From the NCBI GenBank assembly GCA_913055735.1, contig CAJXKD010000001.1, positions 1,453,099 to 1,517,098 on the forward strand: DNA of 64,000 nt. Reading direction: 5' to 3'. Below, in pieces: positions 19,903 through 28,913 of the stretch (position 1 is its first letter; every line of letters begins with the position of its first letter). The translations under genes were made by a program, and so were the position numbers. Source of the DNA: an uncultured Rhodospirillales bacterium. GTDB lineage: Bacteria; Pseudomonadota; Alphaproteobacteria; Rhodospirillales; UBA2165. The notes beneath the pieces were generated by a model, which saw nothing but the letters and a program-made list of their open reading frames with translations, searched no databases and had not been told where the DNA came from.

Positions 19903-21201
19903 TTAGCGGACCGATTCACCGTGTTGCGTGAGGTCGATGCCTTCGGCTTCGGCATCCGCGTCCACCCGCAGACCGATGGTCTTGTCGACGATGAACAGGA
20001 TGACGGCCGATGCGACACCGCTCCAGATGATGGTGGCAATGATGCCGTAGATCTGTGTCCAGATCTGACCGACGTTGCCTTCCAAGGCACCCGGCGTTCC
20101 GCCGATGGCTTCGACAGCGAAGACACCGGTCAGGATGGCGCCGGTGATCCCGCCGAGGCCATGAACCGCGAACACGTCGAGCGAGTCGTCGTATCCGAGT
20201 TTCGGCTTCAGCCAGGCAGCGCCCCAGAAGCAGACGATACCGGCGATGACACCGATGATCAGCGCTCCGCCGGGGCCGACGAAGCCCGAGGCCGGCGTGA
20301 TCGCCACCAGACCGGCAACGGCACCGGAAATGATGCCGAGAACGGTCGGTTTACGGTGAGTGGCCCATTCGACGATCATCCAGGCCAGTGCCGCGCCACC
20401 GGTTGCAACCTGGGTGACCAGCATGGCCATTCCCGCGCCGCCATTGGCACCCACGGCGGAACCGGCATTGAAGCCGAACCAGCCGACCCACAGGAGGGAG
20501 GCGCCAATCACCGACAGGACAAGGTTGTCGGGGGCGAGATTTTCGGTCCCGTAGCCTTTGCGCTTGCCGATCATGATCGCTGCAACCAAGGCCGCGACAC
20601 CGGAGTTGATGTGAACGACGGTGCCACCGGCGAAATCGAGAACGCCATCGCTACCCAGGAAGCCACCGCCCCATACCCAGTAGGTAATGGGCGAATAGAC
20701 GACGATGGACCAGATGCCGATGAACCACAGCATGGCCGAGAACTTCATGCGTTCGGCGAACGCACCGGTAATCAGCGCCGCGGTGATGATGGCAAAGGTC
20801 GCCTGGAAGACGATGAACACCGTTTCGGGAATGGTCCCGCTTAGGGCGTCTACCGTCACGTGGTTCAACAGCGTGTAGCCGAACCCGCCGACGAAGTTCA
20901 CCGAGCTTTCGGCGAAAGCCAAGCTGTAGCCGATCACCATCCAGATCACGGTGACCAGGGCGGTGATGACAAAGCTTTGGCCGAGCGTGCCGAGCACGTT
21001 TTTCTTGCGGACCATACCGCCGTAGAACAGCGCCACGCCGGGAATGGTCATGAGCAGCACGATCGCGGTTGACGTCAGCATCCACGCCGTGTCGCCCGTG
21101 TCGAGCGTAGGTGTATCCTGCGCAAAAGCAGGATCGGCGGTCAGGCCAACCGCCGCCGCGGCCAGGCCGACGAGCACCGAGAGTTTCAAATATTTATTCA
21201 T
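19903..21201 (-). CDS. amtB: ammonium transporter (Amt family), copy 1
   Basis: ORF 19903..21228 trimmed to MNKYLKLSVLVGLAAAAVGLTADPAFA|QD (ATG 21201), 7 nt after AGGAGG. Motifs DFAGGTVVH and DVFAVHGLGG are present. Confidence 0.9.
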   Translation of the reverse strand: MNKYLKLSVLVGLAAAAVGLTADPAFAQDTPTLDTGDTAWMLTSTAIVLLMTIPGVALFYGGMVRKKNVLGTLGQSFVITALVTVIWMVIGYSLAFAESSVNFVGGFGYTLLNHVTVDALSGTIPETVFIVFQATFAIITAALITGAFAERMKFSAMLWFIGIWSIVVYSPITYWVWGGGFLGSDGVLDFAGGTVVHINSGVAALVAAIMIGKRKGYGTENLAPDNLVLSVIGASLLWVGWFGFNAGSAVGANGGAGMAMLVTQVATGGAALAWMIVEWATHRKPTVLGIISGAVAGLVAITPASGFVGPGGALIIGVIAGIVCFWGAAWLKPKLGYDDSLDVFAVHGLGGITGAILTGVFAVEAIGGTPGALEGNVGQIWTQIYGIIATIIWSGVASAVILFIVDKTIGLRVDADAEAEGIDLTQHGESVR

Positions 21202-21214
21202 CAGGATTTTCCTC

Positions 21215-21553
21215 CTATAGAGCTTCATCGCCTGTTTCCCCGGTGCGGATACGAACCGCCTGGGCTAGGTCGAGGACAAAAATTTTGCCATCGCCGATAT
21301 TGCCGGAATTAGCGGCCTCGCGGATTGCCTCCACGGCAACATCCACCTGGTCATCCGCCACGGCGACCTCAATTTTCGTCTTTGGCACGAAGCTGATCGC
21401 GTACTCGGCGCCGCGGTAAATTTCGGTATGGCCTTTTTGGCGACCGAAACCCGACACCTCGCTCGAGGTCAGCCCCTGAACGCCGCAGCCGATTAGGGCT
21501 TCTCGCACGGCTTCCAGTTTTGCCGGCTTGATGATCGCGGTGATCAGTTTCAT
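21215..21553 (-). CDS. glnK: nitrogen regulatory protein P-II
   Basis: 112 aa beginning MKLITAIIKPAKLEAV, with T-loop GRQKGHTEIYRGAEY. It lies 13 nt upstream of amt copy 1. Confidence 0.9.
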   Translation of the reverse strand: MKLITAIIKPAKLEAVREALIGCGVQGLTSSEVSGFGRQKGHTEIYRGAEYAISFVPKTKIEVAVADDQVDVAVEAIREAANSGNIGDGKIFVLDLAQAVRIRTGETGDEAL

Positions 21554-21740
21554 CGTTGGTTTCCTTTCACATAAAGGTTCGAACGGGAGGCAACTCCGTT
21601 AGAACGATGCCCCCGCGGCAACGGATTTCGTTGCCGCCGCGGCATTGGCTCAATTTGAATTCAGGCGTCCTCATAAGATGTCTTTGCCACACGCGTGGGC
21701 AGACCTTTCCCCCGAGACCCCAACTCAAACGCCAAACCTT

Positions 21741-21757
21741 TCTCAAGAACCGTGCCA
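21741..21757 (-). promoter_or_regulatory. candidate sigma-54-type (-24/-12) promoter upstream of glnK copy 1
   Basis: The minus strand reads TGGCACGGTTCTTGAGA: a perfect -24 TGGCACG with -12 TTGA instead of TTGC. Confidence 0.3.
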
Positions 21758-21935
21758 GACACACGGAATCATTTGTTTTCAATTGGTTATGAGAGAATGT
21801 CTAGCACGATACCCGGGAAGCGGGCGGGAATTATGGTTAAAAAATGGTCATTTTTTAAAACTGACCCATTTTTATGCACTAAATCTGAATTAATCCCGGG
21901 TGGACTTTTCGGCCGATCCGGCGCATGACCAGACG

Positions 21936-23159
21936 ATGGCTGGGAATCTGGAAAATCGGCATGACGTTTTGATTGTCGGCGGCGGTTTCGTCGGCGGCGC
22001 GCTGGGTTGCGCCCTGGCGGGGGCAGGGCTGTCCTGTCTGGTGATCGATCACGATGACCCGTCGGCGCAACTCGATGCCGGTTTTGACGGGCGATCGTCG
22101 GCCATTGCGGCGGCGCCCCGGCGGCTGCTTCGCCGTCTCGGGATCTGGCAACATGTTGAGGAAAAGGCGACGCCGATCGAGGATATCCGCGTCGCCGACG
22201 GGTCGTCGCCCTTTTTCCTGCATTACGACCACACGGATTTGGGGGAAGAGCCGCTGGGCCATATGGTCGAGAACCGCCATCTGCGGCAGGCGGTGCTGGC
22301 ATCGATGAAAACGGTGCCGCGTCTCCACCATCTTGCGCCGGCGGAAGCGGTTGCGCTCGATCAGGAGGGTAGTAGGGTCCGGTTGACGCTAAAGGACGGA
22401 CGGACCGTTGAGGCGCCCCTGGTGATCGGGTGTGATGGCCGGGGATCCTGGTTACGATCCGCGGCGGAAATTCCCCTGACCAAATGGTCGTATGAGCAAG
22501 TCGGCATCGTGTGTACGGTCCGTCATGAACGGTCTCATGACAATGTGGCGCACGAACATTTTCTGCCCTCGGGTCCCTTTGCCATACTACCCCTGACAGA
22601 CAATCGTTCTTCCATCGTATGGACCGAGAAAGCCAATTTGGCGCCGGCATTGCTGGCGTTGCCCGACAACGCGTTCCTCGAAGAGCTGTCGTGGCGTTTC
22701 GGGGATTTCCTGGGAAAGTTGGAGGTTACCGGGCCGCGCTGGTCCTATCCCTTGTCCTTACAATTCGCGCAACGGATTACGGACCGCCGCGTGGCGCTCG
22801 CCGGCGACGCGGCGCAAGCCATGCATCCCATCGCCGGCCAAGGCCTCAATCTCGGTCTGCGCGATGTGGCGGCATTGGCCGAGGTCGTTGTCGACGCGCG
22901 GCGTCTCGGCTTGGATATCGGGGCGGGTAAGGTGCTCGACCGGTATGCAAGTTGGCGACGGTTCGACAGCCATCTGATGTTGGCTCTGACGGACGGTCTG
23001 AACCGCTTGTTCTCCAACGACGTTGCGCCCGTGCGCGTGGTGCGCGATGTCGGACTTGCCGCTGTCGAACACATGGCCCCGTTGAAGGCCTATCTGATGC
23101 GCCATGCCATGGGCGAAGCGGGAAATTTGCCGCGATTGCTTAAAGGCGAAGCGCTCTAG
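21936..23159 (+). CDS. UbiH/UbiF/VisC/COQ6-family FAD-dependent ubiquinone-biosynthesis hydroxylase
   Basis: ORF 21900..23159 (GTG) trimmed to ATG 21936 (MAGNLENRHDVLIVGGGFVGGALG). Motifs are the dinucleotide fold GGGFVGG, then GDAAQAMHPIAGQGLNLGLRD. Confidence 0.85.
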   Translation: MAGNLENRHDVLIVGGGFVGGALGCALAGAGLSCLVIDHDDPSAQLDAGFDGRSSAIAAAPRRLLRRLGIWQHVEEKATPIEDIRVADGSSPFFLHYDHTDLGEEPLGHMVENRHLRQAVLASMKTVPRLHHLAPAEAVALDQEGSRVRLTLKDGRTVEAPLVIGCDGRGSWLRSAAEIPLTKWSYEQVGIVCTVRHERSHDNVAHEHFLPSGPFAILPLTDNRSSIVWTEKANLAPALLALPDNAFLEELSWRFGDFLGKLEVTGPRWSYPLSLQFAQRITDRRVALAGDAAQAMHPIAGQGLNLGLRDVAALAEVVVDARRLGLDIGAGKVLDRYASWRRFDSHLMLALTDGLNRLFSNDVAPVRVVRDVGLAAVEHMAPLKAYLMRHAMGEAGNLPRLLKGEAL

Positions 23160-23548
23160 GCGGGGTCGCGGCTCAACCCATTCGCCGCGAGATCATCGAG
23201 ATAAGCCTGCCACATCTCTTCCCGGCGCTCGCCGAACCTGTAAAGGGTTTGCCAGGAATAGATACCCGTATCGTGGAGATCATCGAAGGTGATCCGAATG
23301 GCGTAATTGCCGACCTGCTCGATATCCATGATACCGACATGGCGGCGGCCGGCGACGGTTTGACGTTGATCCGGTGAATGGCCTTGAACTTCGGCGGACG
23401 GAGAATGAACCCGGAGGAACTCGGCAGAGAACCGAAAGGACATACCGTCATCGAAGTCGATTTCGAGCGCCTTTTCCTTGCTTTTGACCCTGATTTCGAC
23501 TGGTTTGTGGGCGGCGCTGGAGGCGCTGCGATCCTCCAATCCGGTCAT
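23156..23548 (-). CDS. DUF971 (gamma-butyrobetaine-hydroxylase-like N-terminal domain) protein
   Basis: 130 aa. The pattern LEIDFDDG...[14 protein letters not shown]...[19 protein letters not shown] is typical of DUF971. Confidence 0.7.
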   Translation of the reverse strand: MTGLEDRSASSAAHKPVEIRVKSKEKALEIDFDDGMSFRFSAEFLRVHSPSAEVQGHSPDQRQTVAGRRHVGIMDIEQVGNYAIRITFDDLHDTGIYSWQTLYRFGERREEMWQAYLDDLAANGLSRDPA

Positions 23549-23733
23549 TCGGCGCCGTCGAGTTTACGCGCTTCGTCCACCAGCATGATGGGGATTCCGT
23601 CCCGGATCGGATAAGCGAGCCCCGCTTTTTCGCTGATCAGCTCCTGTGCATTTGCGTCGTACTTAAGCGGTCCCTTGGTCAACGGACACACCAAAATTTC
23701 CAGGAGTTTCGGGTCAATTTGCGCGGCCGTCAT
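23545..23733 (-). CDS. Trm112-family small zinc-ribbon-like protein
   Basis: 62 aa with [14 protein letters not shown]...[16 protein letters not shown]. Confidence 0.8.
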   Translation of the reverse strand: MTAAQIDPKLLEILVCPLTKGPLKYDANAQELISEKAGLAYPIRDGIPIMLVDEARKLDGAE

Positions 23734-23757
23734 GTCGAGATCTCCCTGTGTATCTTG

Positions 23758-24417
23758 TCAATGCTTCGCGGCCGAACTTTCGTTCTCGGCCATGGAAAGA
23801 AGGGTCATCAACACGTCGCTCATCTCTTGCAGTGTCGCCGCTTCGAGGAGAGCTTGTTTCTCCGTCACATCGAATGGGCACATCATGGCCATCGATGTGA
23901 CCACCGCGTCGTCATCGGCTTCCTGTAACGCTTTCCAATCGATACGCGCGCCGCGCGCGGTGAAATAAACTTTCAACAGATCGAGCAGCCGCTCCCGATC
24001 AAGTGTCAACACCGCGGTTTCTTCAAGATCATGCTTAAATGGATCGTAATCGGCACGCACACGCCGATACCCGTTGCGCCCTTCGATTTCCTGATCGATG
24101 TGGAAGCGGCAAATGCCGCGGAGGGTGATCATGATGCGTCGGTCGTCGGTCTCGCTGAAGGAAATGATCCGTCCCGCGCAGCCGATCTTAAAGAGCCCTG
24201 CTGTTTCGGGGACGGGATCGCGCAGAAGCTCCAGCGGTTGCACCATCCCGATCATGCGTTTTTCCGCCATCGCGTCGATCGCCATATTGAGATAGCGCGG
24301 TTCAAATAAGTTGAGCGGCAGCCTCCCTTTGGGCAGGAGCATGGCGCCGGGCAACGGGAAAATCGGTATGTCTTGCGGCAGTTCCTCGAAAGGGATGCCG
24401 AAAGGATCCGGCATCAT
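23758..24417 (-). CDS. LON-protease N-terminal (substrate-binding) domain protein
   Basis: IPIFPLPGAMLLPKGRLPLNLFEPRYLNM is the Lon N-domain signature. Confidence 0.8.
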   Translation of the reverse strand: MMPDPFGIPFEELPQDIPIFPLPGAMLLPKGRLPLNLFEPRYLNMAIDAMAEKRMIGMVQPLELLRDPVPETAGLFKIGCAGRIISFSETDDRRIMITLRGICRFHIDQEIEGRNGYRRVRADYDPFKHDLEETAVLTLDRERLLDLLKVYFTARGARIDWKALQEADDDAVVTSMAMMCPFDVTEKQALLEAATLQEMSDVLMTLLSMAENESSAAKH

Positions 24418-25355
24418 GAGAACAGCACGGACGAGAGTTTGCGGCGGCCTTCCACGGCGACAGGGTTGCTGAAACCCAATGCCTCGAAGATTTCGAGCAA
24501 CTGTTGGCGGGCCGCGTCGTCATTCCAAGTGCGGTTCCGTTTGATGATCTCGACCAATTGATCGACGGCTTCCTCTGCGGCACCTTGTCCATACAGCGCG
24601 AGCGCAAGATCGTAACGGGCCTGATGATCGTTTTCGTTCTGGGCAAGCGCTTGACGGAGTGGCTCGACATCGCTGCCGGCGCCACTTTTTTCTGACAGAT
24701 CAAGTGCGGCACGGACCGAATTGATTTCGGGCGAATGCTTCAAACTCTCCGGCAGGCCATCGATAAACTCGCGGGCCCGGTCCTGCTGACCGGTGGCCAT
24801 AAGGCACTTGGCAAGCCCCGCATTCGCGGCGGCATTTTCGGGGTCGCTCGATAGAAGCTGATTGAATATGGCGCCGGCTTGTTGGGCGTCGCCCGCGGCA
24901 AGCAGCTGTTCGGCTTGCTCGACCGCATGTTCCACCGGTGAGCCGGCCCCGCCGGTGAGCTTTTCAATGAACTGCCGAAGCTGGCTTTCGGGCAGTGCGC
25001 CCGTAAAGGCATCGACAGGCCGCCCGCCATGGAACGCATAAACCATGGGAATGGATTGCACCCGCAGTTGCTGTGCGAGGCCCTGGTTCTCGTCGACATT
25101 GATCTTCACCAGCTTGACGGCGCCAGCATATTCGCGCGCCAGCTTTTCCATCAATGGCCCGAGCTGCTTACAGGGACCGCACCAGGGTGCCCAGAAATCC
25201 ACCAATACCGGTGTTTCGGCCGAGGCCTCGATGACGTCGGCCGCAAACCCCTTCATATCGGAGTCCTTAATCAGATCCGTTGGGGTTGCGCCGGCCGGGG
25301 CGCCAGGTCCGGGGGCCCCGCTGGGGGTTCCATCTGGATTCAGAATGGTGGACAT
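24414..25355 (-). CDS. thioredoxin-domain/TPR co-chaperone (YbbN/CnoX-like)
   Basis: Thioredoxin active site FWAPWCGPC, followed by a TPR-like C-terminal half. Confidence 0.85.
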   Translation of the reverse strand: MSTILNPDGTPSGAPGPGAPAGATPTDLIKDSDMKGFAADVIEASAETPVLVDFWAPWCGPCKQLGPLMEKLAREYAGAVKLVKINVDENQGLAQQLRVQSIPMVYAFHGGRPVDAFTGALPESQLRQFIEKLTGGAGSPVEHAVEQAEQLLAAGDAQQAGAIFNQLLSSDPENAAANAGLAKCLMATGQQDRAREFIDGLPESLKHSPEINSVRAALDLSEKSGAGSDVEPLRQALAQNENDHQARYDLALALYGQGAAEEAVDQLVEIIKRNRTWNDDAARQQLLEIFEALGFSNPVAVEGRRKLSSVLFS

Positions 25356-25492
25356 GATTTTCTGTTCCGTCTTCGTCTAGGTCCTAGATTTCGTTCCCAT
25401 AATTGGCCGAAAGAGTCGGATGTGCAAGGGGCCGCGGGAACACCCCTGGAACGTCGGAGAATTCCGGGCGAAAAGGTCCGGGATGATCTCGC

Positions 25493-25987
25493 TCAGCCGC
25501 CGATGGACATAATGGCGGGTTCGAACCCGCAATCGCGGATAAAGGCCAGCAGGTCGTCGGATCGAATGGCGGTTGTCGCCCGGTTGGTCAGGGGGTGATA
25601 GTTGACCAGTTCGTGTTCCATCATGGCTGCATCGAGGACCACGTGGATGCCTTTCGCTGTCTCGTTGATCAGGGCGAAGGGCGTGACCGAACCGGGTTCG
25701 ATGCCGAGGCGCTCGTATAGCAATTCCGGCTTGGCGAAGGATAGCCGTGCCGCGCCGATCTGTCCGGCCAGAGATTTCAAATCGATCTGCGTGTCCTCCA
25801 AGGCGACGACCAGCCACAGCTCGCCTTTCTTGTCTTTAAGGAACAGGTTCTTGCAATGGCCGCCGGGAATACTGCCACGCACCCGCTGGGCCTCCTCGAC
25901 GGTGAAGACCGGATCGTGGCGGTGGGTGGTCGCTGCGATGTTCAACTTGTCGAGGCGTTGGAAGAGGTCTTGTTCGCTGGCAGGCAC
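25493..25987 (-). CDS. YbaK/ProX-type aminoacyl-tRNA editing domain protein
   Basis: ORF 25493..26083 trimmed to GTG 25987 so that it no longer overlaps the upstream gene. Motifs GGHCKNLFLKDKKG and EPGSVTPF are present. Confidence 0.7.
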   Translation of the reverse strand: MPASEQDLFQRLDKLNIAATTHRHDPVFTVEEAQRVRGSIPGGHCKNLFLKDKKGELWLVVALEDTQIDLKSLAGQIGAARLSFAKPELLYERLGIEPGSVTPFALINETAKGIHVVLDAAMMEHELVNYHPLTNRATTAIRSDDLLAFIRDCGFEPAIMSIGG

Positions 25988-26019
25988 GTTGGTCCCCCGG
26001 TTCTCGGTTGGGGGACAGA

Positions 26020-28017
26020 TTAAATTCTCTGCTTCGTGATGTCGAATGCCTCGGGCGTTTCCCCCGCCAGGTATTTGTTCCACATGACGTCGTAAGCGGC
26101 TTCCAGCTCCGCCACATGCTGGTCGTAATCGAGCATCCGTTCCCGCATGAGCTCCCGCAAGCCACGACGCAACGCGGCACGGCGTTTATCGTCCCGGGCC
26201 AAGTTAACGGCGGCATCGACGTAGCCATCGCCATCCCGCGCGATGAGATCGGGGAGGTCCAGCTTGGTCAGATAGTTCAATCCCTGGCGGCCCATAAAGG
26301 TGTCGCCCGCCAATGTCACCACCGGCACGCCCATCCACAGCGCATCGCAACTCGTGGTGCCGCCGTTGCAGGGAAAGGTGTCGAGGGCGATGTCGACGTG
26401 ATTGTAGGCAGCGAGATGATCGGCGCGCCCCGGGATGTGCGCTAGGAAATCAACACGATCGCGAGGGATTCCGTGGCCGGCCATTCGGTTGGCGAGCGAT
26501 TGCCAATCCGCGGGATCGTCGGAAGCGTTGATGTTCTTGATCAGCAACCGTGCGCCGGGGACATTGGCGAGGATCCGCCCCCACAACACCATGATATCGG
26601 GCGTGATCTTGGCGATATTATTGAATGTCCCAAAGGTAATATGTCCGGCGGTTTCGGCCGGTGGTGGGCTCACGTCGGGGCAATTATCGGGCGGCAGGTA
26701 GCAATTGCGGTTCGTGACCTTGACCAGCTTCTCGACGTAAAACGCGTCCATCGTGCTACCGGGATCGGTCAAATCCTCGGTAATCATGTAGTCGATGGCG
26801 GCAATGCCGGTGGTCGACACGAGGTTGTGGTAACACACCTGAACCGGCGCCGGTTTGTAGGCTAAGGCCAACCGGTGACGGGCGCGGTAGGATGACACCA
26901 GCGCCAGGATATCGACGCCGTCGGAATGGATTTGCCCCGCGATGTCGGCGGGGTTGAGGTTGCCGACATCGCGCCACATGCCGGCGAATTGCCGCAGCCG
27001 CTCGGTGGTCGCATCGCTGTCCCGGTTGCCCGCGTAAACGACCGTGTCGAATCTGGATGGATTATGGCGGCTGATGACCGGCTCGAAAAAGTAAGACGTC
27101 ACGTGCGTTCCGAACTCATAAGACAGGTAACCGATTTTGAGTTTCTTGGGGCGGTGTGACGGACGCGCATGTGAAAACACGGCCGTCGATGCGGCGACCT
27201 TTCGGCCCCAATCGCGGTTCGCTTCGAACAATTGCTGTGCGGTGACCTTGGGATGAAATGCCAGATAAAAAAGATAGCTCGAGTAGACGGCCTCGTTGAA
27301 CGGCGCGAGGTTATGGGACCGATGAAAGCTTTCCATGGCACCGACGATATCGGCCTGCTCGATTTTGCAGTTGCCGAGCAAGGCGTGGGCCTGGGAAAAA
27401 CCAGGCTCGGCATTTACGGCCCGCTGTAAGTACCGCTGGGCACGGCTGTAGTGGCGCAGATCGAAATGATTTGTGCCGAGAGCCGTGAGAAGTTCGGCGT
27501 CGTTCCCATAGCGATCGACAAGCTTTTCCAACTGATCGGCGGCCTTTTCCAGGTGTCCCTGTGCGCGCAGGAGGAAAGCCTCGACCAGTGTGATCCGGTC
27601 CGGGTCGCCGTTCGTGGCGCGGGCCGTATCCAGACATTCGATGGCGCTGTCGACGTCGCCGGCGGCCACGTGCAGCCGCGCCAGTTGAATCCAGTTGTCG
27701 CCGTTTCGCGGCTCAAGTTCCAGTGCGCGTGAAATCGCCGCTATGGCCGCTTCTCGATCGCGCGCTGCCCATTTCGCGGCCGACAACGTCGCCAGCGCTT
27801 CGGGAAAGTGAGGTTGCCGGTCGAGCGCCCGTTCGACCAATTTGACGGCGGTCGGATGATCGCCGCGATCGAGAGCAATCGCTCCCAAAAGATGCAGCGC
27901 ATTGGGCTCGCTCGGATCGCGGTCGAGCACGCTCCGGTAAAGGACCGAGGCATCGTCGAGGCGTCCCGCCGTGTGGTGGGCGAGCGCCTGGTTGAGGATT
28001 TCCGGTGTATTGGTCAT
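26020..28017 (-). CDS. TPR-repeat protein fused to a GT41 (O-GlcNAc-transferase/SPINDLY-like) glycosyltransferase domain
   Basis: 665 aa. About 250 aa of TPR repeats are followed by ITFGTFNNIAKITP...LDTFPCNGGTTSCDALWMGVPVVT (GT41 C-terminal lobe). Confidence 0.8.
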   Translation of the reverse strand: MTNTPEILNQALAHHTAGRLDDASVLYRSVLDRDPSEPNALHLLGAIALDRGDHPTAVKLVERALDRQPHFPEALATLSAAKWAARDREAAIAAISRALELEPRNGDNWIQLARLHVAAGDVDSAIECLDTARATNGDPDRITLVEAFLLRAQGHLEKAADQLEKLVDRYGNDAELLTALGTNHFDLRHYSRAQRYLQRAVNAEPGFSQAHALLGNCKIEQADIVGAMESFHRSHNLAPFNEAVYSSYLFYLAFHPKVTAQQLFEANRDWGRKVAASTAVFSHARPSHRPKKLKIGYLSYEFGTHVTSYFFEPVISRHNPSRFDTVVYAGNRDSDATTERLRQFAGMWRDVGNLNPADIAGQIHSDGVDILALVSSYRARHRLALAYKPAPVQVCYHNLVSTTGIAAIDYMITEDLTDPGSTMDAFYVEKLVKVTNRNCYLPPDNCPDVSPPPAETAGHITFGTFNNIAKITPDIMVLWGRILANVPGARLLIKNINASDDPADWQSLANRMAGHGIPRDRVDFLAHIPGRADHLAAYNHVDIALDTFPCNGGTTSCDALWMGVPVVTLAGDTFMGRQGLNYLTKLDLPDLIARDGDGYVDAAVNLARDDKRRAALRRGLRELMRERMLDYDQHVAELEAAYDVMWNKYLAGETPEAFDITKQRI

Positions 28018-28163
28018 TTTGCCGGGGATAGGTTTGCAGCAGGACGGTTAACAAACGCTATCCGCTGGCCTTTCAGGGCCTAAATCCGGCGAAGTTGGAC
28101 CTTGCAAACCAAGACGTTTGACGTATTATCTGCCGCTCCCAGCCCAGGTTTGTGGCCGGATAT

Positions 28164-28238
28164 GCGGGCGTAGCTCAGGGGTAGAGCGCAACCTTGCCAA
28201 GGTTGAAGTCGTGAGTTCGAATCTCATCGCCCGCTCCA
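28164..28238 (+). tRNA. tRNA-Gly (anticodon GCC), CCA encoded
   Basis: Cloverleaf folded by hand: acceptor GCGGGCG/CGCCCGC, D stem GCTC/GAGC, anticodon stem CAACC/GGTTG with loop TTGCCAA, T arm GTGAG-TTCGAAT-CTCAT, and discriminator T plus CCA. Confidence 0.9.
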
Positions 28239-28313
28239 TTTCTTCTTCCCATCCATTTTTCCAATCGCGCCGTCGTCGTATACTCTGTCTCGAATGGACT
28301 GAGGGCAGACCGT

Positions 28314-28901
28314 ATGAGCGACCAACTGGCACCGTTGAAACATTTCGTAACCGACATGAGCGCGGTGGTCGCGCGCGCGGGCACTGACGAGGCGATCATT
28401 CTCGAGGAGGGTGCAGCGCTTTTAGGCCAACTGGTCGGCCGGGACGCCGGGGAAAATTGGTTGCCGGAACCCTACGCGGGTGCGGCCGGGGACAGCTATG
28501 GCCAATACCTTCTTTATCGCGCGCCGGACGGCGGCTTTTCGGTGGTCAGTTTCGTCTGGGCGCCGGGGCAATCGACGCCGGTGCATGATCACACGGTGTG
28601 GGGATTGGTCGGGGTGTTGCGCGGCCAGGAACGGAACGTTCCCTATGAGCGCGCGGACGATGGCCGGCTGACGGCTGGTGCACCGGAAATTCTGTCGGCC
28701 GGTGAAGTGTGTGCGGTGTCGCCGACGATTGGTGATATTCACCAAGTATCCAATGCGCTGACAGACGAAACCTCGATCAGCATCCATGTCTACGGCGCGG
28801 ATATCGGCGAGGTGAAACGTCACACCTTTGATCCCAAAACGGGTGCCGCCACGACGTTTGTCTCGGGTTACAGCGACGCTCCCATACCAGATCTTTCCTA
28901 G
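28314..28901 (+). CDS. cysteine-dioxygenase-type-I-like cupin (thiol dioxygenase family; possibly a 3-mercaptopropionate dioxygenase type)
   Basis: 195 aa. The cupin metal triad pattern is TPVHDHTVWG...GDIHQVSN. Overall layout is CDO-like. Confidence 0.7.
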   Translation: MSDQLAPLKHFVTDMSAVVARAGTDEAIILEEGAALLGQLVGRDAGENWLPEPYAGAAGDSYGQYLLYRAPDGGFSVVSFVWAPGQSTPVHDHTVWGLVGVLRGQERNVPYERADDGRLTAGAPEILSAGEVCAVSPTIGDIHQVSNALTDETSISIHVYGADIGEVKRHTFDPKTGAATTFVSGYSDAPIPDLS

Positions 28902-28913
28902 GCCCGACCGTTC

